DNA of 64,000 nucleotides from a virus (Duplodnaviria > Heunggongvirae > Uroviricota > Caudoviricetes). Position 1 is the first letter of the stretch. Each line of letters begins with the position of its first letter. The notes beneath the pieces were generated by a model. That model was not told the DNA's origin. It did not search any database and saw nothing but the letters and a program-made list of their open reading frames with translations. Shown piece by piece: positions 1-9,755 of this stretch. The position numbers and the translations under genes were made by a program. The stretch lies in IMG/VR virus record IMGVR_UViG_2579778842_000017, positions 1 through 64,000 of that record. One strand, given 5' to 3'.

Positions 1-933
1 ATGGACAACGACAAAATTGATCAACACAGCGACGAAATTGAAGTTGAGAGCGAAGAAAAAGAGCGCGGCAAAAAAATAGAAATAGATGAAGACCGACTCC
101 CCTCCCGGGCGATGGCAATTCATGAGCATATCCGCCAGGATGGTGAAAAAGAGCTGGAACGCGACGCAATGGCGCTACTGTGGTCAGCCATTGCGGCGGG
201 TCTGTCGATGGGCGCTTCGTTACTGGCAAAAGGGATATTTCATGTCGAACTGGAAGGTGTGCCGGGCAGCTTCTTGCTGGAGAATCTCGGTTATACCTTT
301 GGTTTTATTATCGTCATTATGGCCCGCCAGCAATTATTTACCGAAAATACCGTGACTGCGGTACTACCCGTCATGCAAAAACCGACAATGAGCAACGTCG
401 GCTTACTTATACGGTTATGGGGCGTCGTGCTGCTGGGTAATATTCTCGGGACAGGTATTGCGGCGTGGGCATTTGAATATATGCCTATCTTCAATGAAGA
501 AACTCGCGATGCATTTGTCAAAATCGGCATGGATGTGATGAAGAACACCCCCAGCGAGATGTTTGCCAACGCGATCATTTCCGGCTGGCTGATCGCCACT
601 ATGGTTTGGATGTTTCCTGCAGCGGGTGCGGCAAAGATTGTGGTGATTATATTGATGACCTGGCTTATTGCCCTGGGTGACACCACCCATATCGTGGTCG
701 GTTCTGTTGAAATCCTCTATCTGGTGTTTAACGGTACGCTGCACTGGAGCGATTTCATCTGGCCCTTCGCACTACCTACTTTAGCGGGGAACATCTGCGG
801 CGGCACCTTTATCTTCGCGTTAATGAGTCATGCACAGATTCGTAACGACATGAGCAATAAGCGTAAAGCAGAAGCACGCCAAAAAGCAGAACGTGCGGAA
901 AACATTAAGAAAAATTATAAAAACCCGGCATAA
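1..933 (+). CDS. yfdC: FNT-family (formate/nitrite transporter-like) inner membrane protein, YfdC-like; host flank
   Basis: 310-aa ORF with multiple hydrophobic helices; lies directly upstream of an argW-type tRNA-Arg, as yfdC does in E. coli. Confidence 0.75.
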   Translation: MDNDKIDQHSDEIEVESEEKERGKKIEIDEDRLPSRAMAIHEHIRQDGEKELERDAMALLWSAIAAGLSMGASLLAKGIFHVELEGVPGSFLLENLGYTFGFIIVIMARQQLFTENTVTAVLPVMQKPTMSNVGLLIRLWGVVLLGNILGTGIAAWAFEYMPIFNEETRDAFVKIGMDVMKNTPSEMFANAIISGWLIATMVWMFPAAGAAKIVVIILMTWLIALGDTTHIVVGSVEILYLVFNGTLHWSDFIWPFALPTLAGNICGGTFIFALMSHAQIRNDMSNKRKAEARQKAERAENIKKNYKNPA

Positions 934-1008
934 ATGGCGAGGGTTTAAGCAATCGAGCGGCAGCGTACTTACCCCGCACTCCATTAGCGGGTATACTCAT
1001 GCCGCATT

Positions 1009-1083
1009 GTCCTCTTAGTTAAATGGATATAACGAGCCCCTCCTAAGGGCTAATTGCAGGTTCGATTCCTGCAGGGGACACCA
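1009..1083 (+). tRNA. argW: tRNA-Arg (anticodon CCU), argW-type; prophage integration target
   Basis: 75-nt sequence GTCCTCTTAGTT...GGGGACACCA with 7-bp acceptor stem, anticodon loop CTCCTAA, TPsiC arm GGTTCGATTCC, 3' CCA; integrase gene follows. Confidence 0.9.
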
Positions 1084-1244
1084 TTTATCAGTTCGCTCCC
1101 ATCCGTACCAGTCCGCAAAATCCCCTGAATATCAAGCCTTCCGTAGATTCACAGTTCGTAATGGTTCGCGTCAGATCGTTGACAGCCGCACTCCATGACG
1201 GGTAAAAAGTGGATAAAATAATTTTACCCACCGGATTTTTACCC

Positions 1245-2393
1245 ATGCTCACCGTTAAGCAGATTGAAGCAGCAAAGCCGAAAGAAAAACCATACCGCCT
1301 TCTCGATGGTAATGGCCTGTACCTTTATGTCCCTGTATCCGGGAAAAAGGTATGGCAGCTTCGCTACAAGATTGACGGTAAGGAGAAAATCCTTACCGTC
1401 GGAAAATATCCGCTTATGACTTTGCAGGAGGCAAGGGATAAAGCATGGACTGCGAGGAAAGACATCTCGGTTGGCATCGATCCGGTAAAAGCGAAAAAGG
1501 CTTCGTCTAACAACAACTCCTTTAGCGCCATTTACAAGGAATGGTACGAGCACAAGAAGCAAGTCTGGTCAGTAGGGTATGCGACTGAACTTGCAAAAAT
1601 GTTTGATGACGACATTTTACCTATCATCGGCGGCCTTGAAATTCAGGATATTGAGCCGATGCAACTGCTGGAAGTAATCCGCAGATTTGAAGATCGCGGT
1701 GCAATGGAGCGAGCAAATAAAGCCCGCAGAAGATGCGGTGAGGTTTTCCGTTACGCTATTGTCACTGGTAGGGCTAAATATAACCCGGCACCTGACCTTG
1801 CTGACGCCATGAAGGGATACCGCAAGAAGAACTTCCCGTTTCTTCCTGCAGACCAGATCCCGGCATTCAACAAAGCACTGGCTACATTTTCAGGAAGTAT
1901 CGTATCGCTCATTGCGACCAAAGTTTTACGCTACACAGCCCTCAGAACAAAAGAGCTTCGTTCCATGCAATGGAAGAACGTCGATTTTGAAAACAGGATT
2001 ATCACCATAGACGCCAATGTGATGAAGGGACGCAAGATTCATGTGGTTCCGATGTCGGACCAGGTAGTTGAACTTCTCACTACGCTAAGCTCCATCACTA
2101 AACCAGTATCAGAGTTTGTTTTTGCCGGACGCAACGATAAGAAGAAGCCAATCTGCGAGAACGCGGTATTGCTTGTGATCAAACAAATCGGCTATGAGGG
2201 TCTGGAAAGCGGTCACGGATTCAGGCATGAATTCAGCACGATTATGAACGAGCACGAATGGCCCGCTGATGCCATTGAGAAGCAACTGGCGCACGCTAAC
2301 AGCGGCTCCATTCGTGGGATATACAATCACGCTCAGTACATGGATAAGCGCCGGGAGATGATGCAGTGGTGGGCTGATTGGATTGATGAGTAG
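1245..2393 (+). CDS. int: P4-type tyrosine integrase (IntS-like)
   Basis: N-terminus MLTVKQIEAAKPKEKPYRLLDGNGLYLYV typical of tRNA-targeting P4-family integrases; ORF track starts at an upstream GTG (1209), ATG at 1245 more likely; adjacent to tRNA 3' end. Confidence 0.9.
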   Translation: MLTVKQIEAAKPKEKPYRLLDGNGLYLYVPVSGKKVWQLRYKIDGKEKILTVGKYPLMTLQEARDKAWTARKDISVGIDPVKAKKASSNNNSFSAIYKEWYEHKKQVWSVGYATELAKMFDDDILPIIGGLEIQDIEPMQLLEVIRRFEDRGAMERANKARRRCGEVFRYAIVTGRAKYNPAPDLADAMKGYRKKNFPFLPADQIPAFNKALATFSGSIVSLIATKVLRYTALRTKELRSMQWKNVDFENRIITIDANVMKGRKIHVVPMSDQVVELLTTLSSITKPVSEFVFAGRNDKKKPICENAVLLVIKQIGYEGLESGHGFRHEFSTIMNEHEWPADAIEKQLAHANSGSIRGIYNHAQYMDKRREMMQWWADWIDE

Positions 2394-2397
2394 ATTC

Positions 2398-4098
2398 TTA
2401 TACAACTTTCCATTGCGCATCGCCGATCAGCCACGCATCAAACAAGCTCATATATCGAGCTCGCAAACGACAGACCTTGTAATCTTCCCCTACACCATCC
2501 AATGAGATCGGTTTACCCAAAAATGTAAGAGAGGTTAAATTTCTTCCCCGTAATATCAACTCGATTTCCTGCCCGTCATAAGCCTGCCCCTGAGTGGTAA
2601 TGTTTGCCCCGTTGGTTACTGGGATGTAAAACGAACTATGGCCGCTTCTTACCGGAACTGGTGCTGGTAATGTAATTGTGCGAATGTCATTTTCCAGACC
2701 ACTCACTACAGCACCACTCACATCACCGATTAGGGCGGTTAGGCGGTCGCGCTTATGCTCAATTGTTAAGCCTGAGTTGCTGCTGTCTGCATCATAAAAG
2801 CCAGTTGAACGATCTCCGCGTAGGTTTACGTTCATCACACGGCAGCCTGATGTGTTTTTTGCTCTGATGCAAACAGTGCCGCTTGTAGATGAGTGATGAG
2901 AACTGCTTACTAAAGCTCCCCTGGATGATGATAGATTGATATCCGCAATTTTACATGCCTCGTAATATGTATTCCCCATTAGCTCTGTTCCTATGGCCCC
3001 GTGATCCATAGTTCCATATCGTTCACAGTTCTGTATAAAACCACCATCTAAAACTACCGCCGTAGTGTTAAACGTTGTCGAATTATCGACATCAATTCCA
3101 TTCAACCCGTTTCTTATCACTAGGCCATAGTCAGGGAGGACGCCGCCTGGGTCACTACTGTATAAATTGGGATTGAGGATCTTGCAGGCATTAGCGCCAT
3201 TCTGATAGATAAGCCTCGTAGATCCTGTCCCACCATTCATTATTTCTGGATTGTCATTTTTAAGCCCGTAGCAAAGCAAGCCAACTCTCATGCCAACGCA
3301 GTCCCGGCCTAACTGCATATCTACCCACAATCCAAAAATGCCCGAGTTATTACGGCATTTGATTAAATCAATTCCGACAACTCCAGCCTTTCCGTTAAAA
3401 TCAATTCGAGGGTTATGCACCTGTATATTTCTAATATAATCAGTGCCAGCAACAGCTGGATCAGCTTTAAATAGCGTAATATTGTCTCTATTTGCATAAA
3501 AAATAGCGTCTCTTGACTGATGGATCGTTGTATTCCCGTAATAGTAATATGTTGCATCTACCGGATAAATTCCTGGCATGAAATAAATATCTCCACCAGA
3601 GCTCAGTAGCGACTGAATATCCGAGTGAGAATAACTTGGCTCAATGATAACGGCAGGTCGGGTTAGTTTTTTTGGAGCGTAGTCATCATAGATGCTTTGC
3701 CCACCCCATGAACTCCCTACTAATTTGTCCCCTCCAGAAGATGCCAATCTCTTCTCAAACTGATCGGGGTCATACTTCAGCACATTTGGGAATTTGAACT
3801 GCTGCGCCCCATATGCATCATAAACAGCCATAGAATGGCCTTGCACAGTTACGAATTTGGCAATCTGTCCGTTATATACAGGGTAACCAGCGGCGTTAAT
3901 GATGATTGGTTGCGAAACAGGAACGTGAGAACCGTCTTCATTCTCTACATAAACCTGAATCTGGTTTTCAGGATTTACAGGGTCAGTGTCAATTTTACCG
4001 ATATAAATTTTGCCATTGGCAACCGCTTTAAAAGAACGAGCCATAGTGAAGAGTTGCGAAGGCATCGATACAATCACATTAGCTGTAATGTCTGTCAT
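2398..4098 (-). CDS. Tailspike protein, P22-like N-terminal head-binding domain with divergent receptor-binding C-terminus
   Basis: 566 aa; N-terminus [82 protein letters not shown] matches the P22 gp9 head-binding domain. Confidence 0.85.
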   Translation of the reverse strand: MTDITANVIVSMPSQLFTMARSFKAVANGKIYIGKIDTDPVNPENQIQVYVENEDGSHVPVSQPIIINAAGYPVYNGQIAKFVTVQGHSMAVYDAYGAQQFKFPNVLKYDPDQFEKRLASSGGDKLVGSSWGGQSIYDDYAPKKLTRPAVIIEPSYSHSDIQSLLSSGGDIYFMPGIYPVDATYYYYGNTTIHQSRDAIFYANRDNITLFKADPAVAGTDYIRNIQVHNPRIDFNGKAGVVGIDLIKCRNNSGIFGLWVDMQLGRDCVGMRVGLLCYGLKNDNPEIMNGGTGSTRLIYQNGANACKILNPNLYSSDPGGVLPDYGLVIRNGLNGIDVDNSTTFNTTAVVLDGGFIQNCERYGTMDHGAIGTELMGNTYYEACKIADINLSSSRGALVSSSHHSSTSGTVCIRAKNTSGCRVMNVNLRGDRSTGFYDADSSNSGLTIEHKRDRLTALIGDVSGAVVSGLENDIRTITLPAPVPVRSGHSSFYIPVTNGANITTQGQAYDGQEIELILRGRNLTSLTFLGKPISLDGVGEDYKVCRLRARYMSLFDAWLIGDAQWKVV

Positions 4099-4156
4099 TT
4101 AATTTGCTCCAGATACAATGAATCGCCGCAGCATGGCTACGGTGAATTTTGGGCAT

Positions 4157-4180
4157 AAAAAAACCCAGCCGAAGCTGGGT
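4157..4180 (-). terminator. Rho-independent terminator downstream of ant
   Basis: hairpin CCCAGCCGAAGCTGGG followed by U-run on the minus-strand transcript. Confidence 0.6.
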
Positions 4181-4198
4181 CGTTGCGTTGGTTATCTG

Positions 4199-5100
4199 TC
4201 AGTAGTTATGTACTGAAGGAGGTAATTCTTTATTCTTAAGTCTCATCCATGCGGAAAGATTCGTTGGTCCGTCTGGCTCATTGATATCAACATCTCGTGT
4301 GTGGTTTATTAAAACGTCTCTCGCCATTCCGATAACATACGAGAATTCATGACCGTAGTCGTAGCATCTGCCGGAATAGTTCGATTGAATTTGTTTTAGC
4401 GCCGGATACAGTTCGCGGAATAATGCCTGTGAGCGGTTGGCATAATCCCATAACCATACAAGGCTGTTTGCTTCTTTTGCAGAAAGCTCGTTGGTTTTCT
4501 TCTCTTGTTTGCCAATGAACTCACCTTCAAGCACTACCCTGTGGATGTACTCTACTGCTTGTGGTATCTGAGATGCATCAAGCTCTTCAATACTTTCCAC
4601 ATTGAAACGCTGATGAATCATTGCATAAGCTTCTGGGTACATTAGATGCTTTTTGCTGACTAGCATATTTACAGCATCACGAAGCGGAGTCCTGTCATCA
4701 ACAGATGTTTTCTTCCGTGCATTTGCTGCCTCTCCCTTTGTCCAGTAGTCATGCAGCACAGTAAAGCATTCTTCCTGGTACTGAATCAGTTTATCGCGGA
4801 TGTCAGCACGAACTTTCTCAGGGTTGATGCTGAACAGCCATCCATTTAACTTCTTCAAAGGAAGGCAGAGTAGCTTACGAAGCTTACCATCAGCGGCAAC
4901 CATGTTCATATGAACACAGTTGAATTTGCTAATCTGCTTCATGAGTTTTGTTTGCTGCGTTGACCAGCTCATTCCGAGGTTTTCAACGATTGGCTTCATC
5001 GCAACATATGCAACTCCGGCAGCCATGGCGGTGATAATTTGCTGACCGTTGAATGGCACGTAAGAGGTGTTCACTGCTTCTAAAATTGCTATACTATTCA
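4199..5100 (-). CDS. ant: Antirepressor Ant (immI region)
   Basis: P22 Ant-like sequence starting [21 protein letters not shown]; position arc-ant-tailspike as in P22; ORF track extends to a GTG at 5167. Confidence 0.8.
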
Positions 5101-5333
5101 TGTTGGTTTTTCTCCACGGATTTACCGACAACCGAAGCCCTGACTGTTCCAGCAGTTGGGGCTTCACTGTTTTGATTTCTTTGCCGCATCAAGCATCACT
5201 TCTGAAAACGTGCGCTTGCCACTGAATACTCTTTCTCTTCTCAATTTTTCGTTCGTGCCAAATGATTCGCCATGAACAAAATTTGGTCTTAAAATGGTAA
5301 TCGCAATCTCTTTGACTACTGCATCCAAGCGAA

Positions 5334-5486
5334 TCACACCGTTACCCCCTCTCTCTTCAGGCTGTCTATCAGGCGCTTGATAACCTCTGAGTTAAACGAC
5401 CTGCACTCTTCCTTTGCCCTGCTACCGATAGCATCCTTTAACGACTGCGGCATCCTTACCAAAATCTTACTTATTTCTTTCTCCAT
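5334..5486 (-). CDS. arc: Arc-like ribbon-helix-helix repressor
   Basis: about 50 aa from internal Met (MEKEISKILVRMPQSLKDAIGSRAKEECRSFNSEVIKRLIDSLKREG), aligns with P22 Arc (GRSVNSEI motif); immediately upstream of ant. Confidence 0.75.
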   Translation of the reverse strand: MEKEISKILVRMPQSLKDAIGSRAKEECRSFNSEVIKRLIDSLKREGVTV

Positions 5487-5600
5487 GTTACCCTCCACGC
5501 AAACAACTCTTTTCGAATACAAAAGATAGCAAAGTGAGTATATCTAGTCAAAATTTTTTTGCATACACTTTGATATCAAATTGAATACCAAAGGTGTGAT
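5487..5600. promoter_or_regulatory. Divergent Pant / Pmnt promoter-operator region
   Basis: AT-rich 114-bp gap between divergently oriented arc and mnt, the position of the overlapping Pant/Pmnt promoters and Mnt/Arc operators in P22. Confidence 0.45.
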
Positions 5601-5849
5601 ATGGCAAAGGGTGTGTCAATTTCTCCAACTACGGTAAGAATCCCTGAATCTTTGCGCGAGGCTCTTGCTGTTAGAGCATCAAAAAATGGTCGCTCTGTTA
5701 ACTCCGAGATCGTCATGATTTTGCAAGCCGCGATTGATGAAGATAGGTCGCCAAAGTCAGTTGAGTCATTTGCTCAGCAAGAAGCTGACAAATTCAAAGA
5801 GGCGCTGCTGGAGACGCTGAAAACCATGTATGGTAAGGATGATAAATAA
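5601..5849 (+). CDS. mnt: Mnt-like repressor
   Basis: 82 aa; TVRIPESLREALAVRASKNGRSVNSEIVMILQAAI aligns with P22 Mnt N-terminal RHH domain; C-terminal LKTMYGK resembles Mnt. Confidence 0.8.
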   Translation: MAKGVSISPTTVRIPESLREALAVRASKNGRSVNSEIVMILQAAIDEDRSPKSVESFAQQEADKFKEALLETLKTMYGKDDK

Positions 5850-6385
5850 TGCTGCACACAATTCATTTCTTATGCCCCGTTAACACCGCCACTGTTGGGC
5901 AACTTCAGAACCACTGTCTCACCGCATTATCTCAAGGCGCAACTGAATTAAATATCCATATATCAAGTCAGGGAGGGGAAACTGCCGCTGGCTTTACTGC
6001 GTATAACTTTCTTAAGTCACTCCCTGTTACCGTTAGAACTCACAACATAAGCAATGTTGAATCCATAGCTAATATCGTTTTCCTGGCTGGCTCAGAACGT
6101 TTCGCAAACCCATTATCAAGATTCCTGTTACATCCTCTATTATGGGGCTTTGCCACCCCAGCCGCCGACCATGCCAGATTGAGAGAGTACGGGAAATGCC
6201 TCGATAACGATCTTGATCGCTTCGTTGAGACGTTCAATATCGACATCGGAACCCATATTAGGTGGGCATCCCTGATAGCAGACTCGACCATTTTGGATGC
6301 TAACAAGGCTCTTGAGCATGGCATAATTAATTCCATAAAAACTGCAAGGCTGGTATCCAATCAGGCAAACTGGTGGGTTGTTTGA
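5849..6385 (+). CDS. ClpP-like (S14-family) serine peptidase, translationally coupled to mnt
   Basis: 178 aa; by-eye alignment to E. coli ClpP across the core (HISSQGGETAAGFTAYNFL / THNISNVESIANIVFLAGSERFANPLSRFLLHP / ILDANKALEHGIINSI) with Ser, His and Asp of the catalytic triad at aligned positions; ATG overlaps mnt stop (TAATG). Confidence 0.7.
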   Translation: MLHTIHFLCPVNTATVGQLQNHCLTALSQGATELNIHISSQGGETAAGFTAYNFLKSLPVTVRTHNISNVESIANIVFLAGSERFANPLSRFLLHPLLWGFATPAADHARLREYGKCLDNDLDRFVETFNIDIGTHIRWASLIADSTILDANKALEHGIINSIKTARLVSNQANWWVV

Positions 6386-6410
6386 TGGGTAAATCATGAT
6401 TACTCCTTAT

Positions 6411-6438
6411 AAAAAACCCACCTGACGGTGGGTTTTAT
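6411..6438. terminator. Bidirectional Rho-independent terminator between convergent operons
   Basis: AAAAAACCCACCTGACGGTGGGTTTTATT: GC hairpin flanked by A-run and T-run. Confidence 0.7.
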
Positions 6439-6860
6439 TAGTGCTTGTATAGCTTGAACTCCCTGTCGAGCCATAAGACATAAAAAGTGGCTCCTATCTT
6501 ATAACCAACCATAGGTGCCTTAGAGCAAAATCTGAACGCAATGAAATCCACATCTTGAGTAACATGCTTAGGAATCGGAGCTTTTATCGCGTTTCTGGCA
6601 ATTTTTTCCGTCCCAAGCCCGTGTTTATCAGATTTTCGTATCTCATCCCATGACATCCGACTTAACCTGAACAGCCTATCTGCAAATGCTGCCTTTTCAT
6701 GCTTTTGGCAGCAATCTAGGCAATACCCCTTTTGTAGGTATCTAAGAGAAAATACAGGCGGACTTTTGTCTACATCATGAGATTCGTGATGGATAGAGAG
6801 GCCAACAGTAGCAGAGCTCTCTTTATCCCTCTGTTTTATTCTTCCCTTAACTCTAGACAT
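6438..6860 (-). CDS. Hypothetical protein, downstream partner of the Panacea-domain gene (candidate toxin/effector)
   Basis: 140 aa, basic, Cys cluster CLDCC; starts 5 bp after the stop of the upstream DUF4065 gene; no family recognised. Confidence 0.55.
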   Translation of the reverse strand: MSRVKGRIKQRDKESSATVGLSIHHESHDVDKSPPVFSLRYLQKGYCLDCCQKHEKAAFADRLFRLSRMSWDEIRKSDKHGLGTEKIARNAIKAPIPKHVTQDVDFIAFRFCSKAPMVGYKIGATFYVLWLDREFKLYKH

Positions 6861-6865
6861 ACACG

Positions 6866-7315
6866 TCAGTTAATTAACGTTTTGAAAAAACCTTTCATAG
6901 AATCAAGTGTGATTTCTTGGCTAACCGCACCCTCAATGTAAGCATCTTTCCATGGCTGCTCTTCGTGAGTCATATTGCGCAGTTTCCAGGCAGAAAACTG
7001 ACCATAAACTTTATACACCTCATCCAGCAATTCAATTTCATCTTCACTGAATTTTTTAGCGTCAAAGTTTTCTGGCGCAGGTAAAGCTCCGTTACCACAG
7101 TCCCTATATTTACGATACAATTCAGGAACTACTGGCCCATGCATCCAGGCTTCAATTTTCTCATTAAATAGCGGCTTACCCAGAAGAACCAGAGAAAACC
7201 CTTGGGCATAATACGTCAACTTCTGAATTTTTAGGTTAGAGATAATGTCGCCACTTTCTTCATCGCAATGCGCCAAGAAGTAGTCGGCGACATCAAAACA
7301 AGTGAGCATAAACAT
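6866..7315 (-). CDS. Panacea (DUF4065, SocA/GepA-like) domain protein, candidate antitoxin
   Basis: 149 aa; KIQKLTYYAQGFSLVLLGKPLFNEKIEAWMHGPVVPELY matches the DUF4065 core motif as I recall it. Confidence 0.65.
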   Translation of the reverse strand: MFMLTCFDVADYFLAHCDEESGDIISNLKIQKLTYYAQGFSLVLLGKPLFNEKIEAWMHGPVVPELYRKYRDCGNGALPAPENFDAKKFSEDEIELLDEVYKVYGQFSAWKLRNMTHEEQPWKDAYIEGAVSQEITLDSMKGFFKTLIN

Positions 7316-7445
7316 ACCTCCATCTTGATAGCCGCAGCTATGTATACAACTGTGTCAAGTTGCATTTAATACCATAACAAAGCTGTCATCAATCCTTCAG
7401 AGGCTAACTTACAACCACTTTATCGACACGTTTAAATCATTACAT

Positions 7446-7502
7446 TTCACATTTACTGCATTTTCGCCGAAGTTACCTATAAGGTAATGTCACATTTCCT
7501 GC
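7446..7502. repeat. Two direct copies of TCACATTT(A/C)CTGCA upstream of the Panacea operon
   Basis: copies at 7446-7459 and 7489-7502 in the AT-rich intergenic region; candidate operator sites. Confidence 0.4.
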
Positions 7503-7683
7503 AAGTTTCATGCAATGTTGAAAAGTGAGCTATTCACTTTTCTATGACACCAAACACCAAAAATAGCACTTTTTGCTAAATCATTCGCCCAAGTTGTGGA
7601 TGGTTTGTCGTTGACACGTTTTCACACACCACTCCACCAATAAAGTATCATCTGGTATCCTGCTCAAAACTAAGGAGGTTGGT

Positions 7684-7872
7684 GTGAAGAAAAAATTTGT
7701 AAACGTTGCAAAGTGCGCAATTTTTATATTTTTTATGACCTTTTACGGATTTAGTGCCGGAGAAGGTTTCGATCGTGATGCCAATGCATTCAGTTTCTTT
7801 TGTCTGTCTATAGTGGTCATAATTGTATGGGTGGAATTAAAGCAAACATTGTTTCATGTGCTAGGGAAATAA
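7684..7872 (+). CDS. Small hydrophobic protein (two predicted TM segments) at the sieA-equivalent position
   Basis: 62 aa, GTG start 3-4 nt after AAGGAGG; hydrophobic stretches CAIFIFFMTFYGF and FSFFCLSIVVIIVWV. Confidence 0.4.
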   Translation: MKKKFVNVAKCAIFIFFMTFYGFSAGEGFDRDANAFSFFCLSIVVIIVWVELKQTLFHVLGK

Positions 7873-7889
7873 CCATCCATGGCATTTAG

Positions 7890-9755
7890 TCACTGCTGTG
7901 TTGCCTCAGTGGCAAGCAGCGGTCTGATGGCATTTGCAGCGTTACTTAATGCTCTTTCATAGGCTGGCGTTCCTGCTTTGGTGTTTGCCAGACGTAAGAG
8001 CGCATTCCTGGCCATAGGGCTTTCATAAACCCTCGACATAAGGCCAATCCCTGTTTCCCCAGCCAATAGCGCGCCTCCGGTTTTTAGGTTACCAATAACC
8101 CTTACCAAAGGCGCGAGTGTCATGCCAGTCTTCGTCACAACATTAGCCTCAGATGCTCTTTTGGTAGCATCGAGAATAGATAACATCCCCTCTATCTCTT
8201 TTCCGTTCTTCCCACCAAATACAGTTTTAAACACCTGACCATTTGCTTGTTTTTGCAGCTTGCCAAGCTCGGTCATCATTTTCTGAGGGCTGTCACCTAC
8301 CTTGTCAGCTATTTTGCTGATATATGCCGCCCTTAGCATGTCTTTACCTTTTTGATCGAGTTTCCCGTACAATCGAGCTATATCTGACCCATATTGTCCA
8401 TACACAATGGTATTTACAGCCTCGGGAGTTAAATCTCCTTTGTTTAGAACGTTTTTAAGGCGCGTTTGAGTTGCATGTGTTGCCATTTTTGCATAATCAG
8501 CTTTTCCCGCTCTCCATGCTGAAGCATCTTTTGGGCTAAGTCCTTTCGCTATAGATTTACTAAGGCTATTGGTTAGCGAGTTATAGACCCTGTCGACCAT
8601 TGTTTGCGACATTGATGGCAGAACTGTACGATCGCCTTTTACGTCAATGCGGAACTGAGTTCTCAGCTTATCAAGTAACTCAAAGGCATCATCTCCATTT
8701 GTTATCTCCTGAATGGCATTCTTATAATCATTAAGCGCAGAAATGGTCTGGGTGTCAGAAACACCTTTAAGTTTCCCAAGTTCGTTTACTGCTCCGTCGA
8801 TAGCTCTTATGGCGCCACTTGTATCAACTGGCTTTCCAACCATTCTTCCTGACAGGCTGTTTAGTTTTGACTTGGCTAACGATTTTTCCCTTGCAACGCC
8901 TGACTTTAGACTATCAACGACTACAGATGGATCGTAGTCGCCGTATTTTTCGGTGAAGCGATTAACAAGCTTGGTTCTGGCATCCTGCTGTGCGGCTCTC
9001 ATTGGTCCAGTACCAGCTATGACTCCTTCTGAGTAACCCTGCAGTTGATTGCCAAGTTTTGTTTTTGGAGGAACTACATCCGATGTCATAACTGGTACAT
9101 CTGCCGCAGCGGCACGCTTGAGCAATTGCTGATCTGCTGGTGATATTTCGCCACGAACAGCAGTAATTCCACGCCCTATTCCCTTTGCTGCTGCGGAAAG
9201 AACCCCCTGAGCGGCAAGGTTAACTCCTGCATTTTTAGCTGCATTTTGTGCGAAATCGCCTTTCTGATTTGCGGCCTCTGCCAGTGATCCAATAGCCATG
9301 CTTCCTGCCGTTCCAACTCCTGGAACTAAATACCCGCCAATTGTTTCTCCAGCTTGCGCATAAGGGTCTGTTGGTCGATCTACTGGACGATAGACATCGT
9401 CCAAAACCTTGGGGCCACCAAGCCCCTGGCTGATTGCATTAATCAGGCTTGCGCCACCCTGCAATACGTCAAATGGTATGTTTACCAGACCACGACCAGC
9501 CTGCTCTGCAATTTGCCCTGCACTTTGACCACCAGTGAGCCAATCGCCAGCTTGTTGCATCAATGATGGTTCTTCTTTCTGCTGCTGAGGCGGAGGGTAT
9601 GCTGCATAAAACTGATCTCTTGCTTCAGCCCATTTGTCACCAGCCTTAGGGGCAACAACCTCATCAAAATATTGCGCTTGAGCCTGTGCTTTCTGTTCTT
9701 CAGTTAACGCCTGATACTGTGGAGAGGCGATAACATCTTTCCATGCTTTAGCCAT
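7890..9755 (-). CDS. Ejection (DNA-transfer) protein, P22 gp16-like
   Basis: 621 aa; size and position after gp20-like gene as in P22 order 14-7-20-16. Confidence 0.8.
   Translation of the reverse strand: MAKAWKDVIASPQYQALTEEQKAQAQAQYFDEVVAPKAGDKWAEARDQFYAAYPPPQQQKEEPSLMQQAGDWLTGGQSAGQIAEQAGRGLVNIPFDVLQGGASLINAISQGLGGPKVLDDVYRPVDRPTDPYAQAGETIGGYLVPGVGTAGSMAIGSLAEAANQKGDFAQNAAKNAGVNLAAQGVLSAAAKGIGRGITAVRGEISPADQQLLKRAAAADVPVMTSDVVPPKTKLGNQLQGYSEGVIAGTGPMRAAQQDARTKLVNRFTEKYGDYDPSVVVDSLKSGVAREKSLAKSKLNSLSGRMVGKPVDTSGAIRAIDGAVNELGKLKGVSDTQTISALNDYKNAIQEITNGDDAFELLDKLRTQFRIDVKGDRTVLPSMSQTMVDRVYNSLTNSLSKSIAKGLSPKDASAWRAGKADYAKMATHATQTRLKNVLNKGDLTPEAVNTIVYGQYGSDIARLYGKLDQKGKDMLRAAYISKIADKVGDSPQKMMTELGKLQKQANGQVFKTVFGGKNGKEIEGMLSILDATKRASEANVVTKTGMTLAPLVRVIGNLKTGGALLAGETGIGLMSRVYESPMARNALLRLANTKAGTPAYERALSNAANAIRPLLATEATQQ

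Noticed and set aside
86-744. ORFs nested in or antisense to yfdC
   Set aside because: Fully overlapped by the conserved transporter gene; no independent signals.
4199-5167. Full-length 322-aa Ant from the upstream GTG, and an apparent 1-nt frame inconsistency when hand-translating the N-terminal extension
   Set aside because: The conserved Ant sequence starts at the internal Met ([10 protein letters not shown]); the mismatch is most likely my own base-counting error, so no frameshift or pseudogene is claimed.
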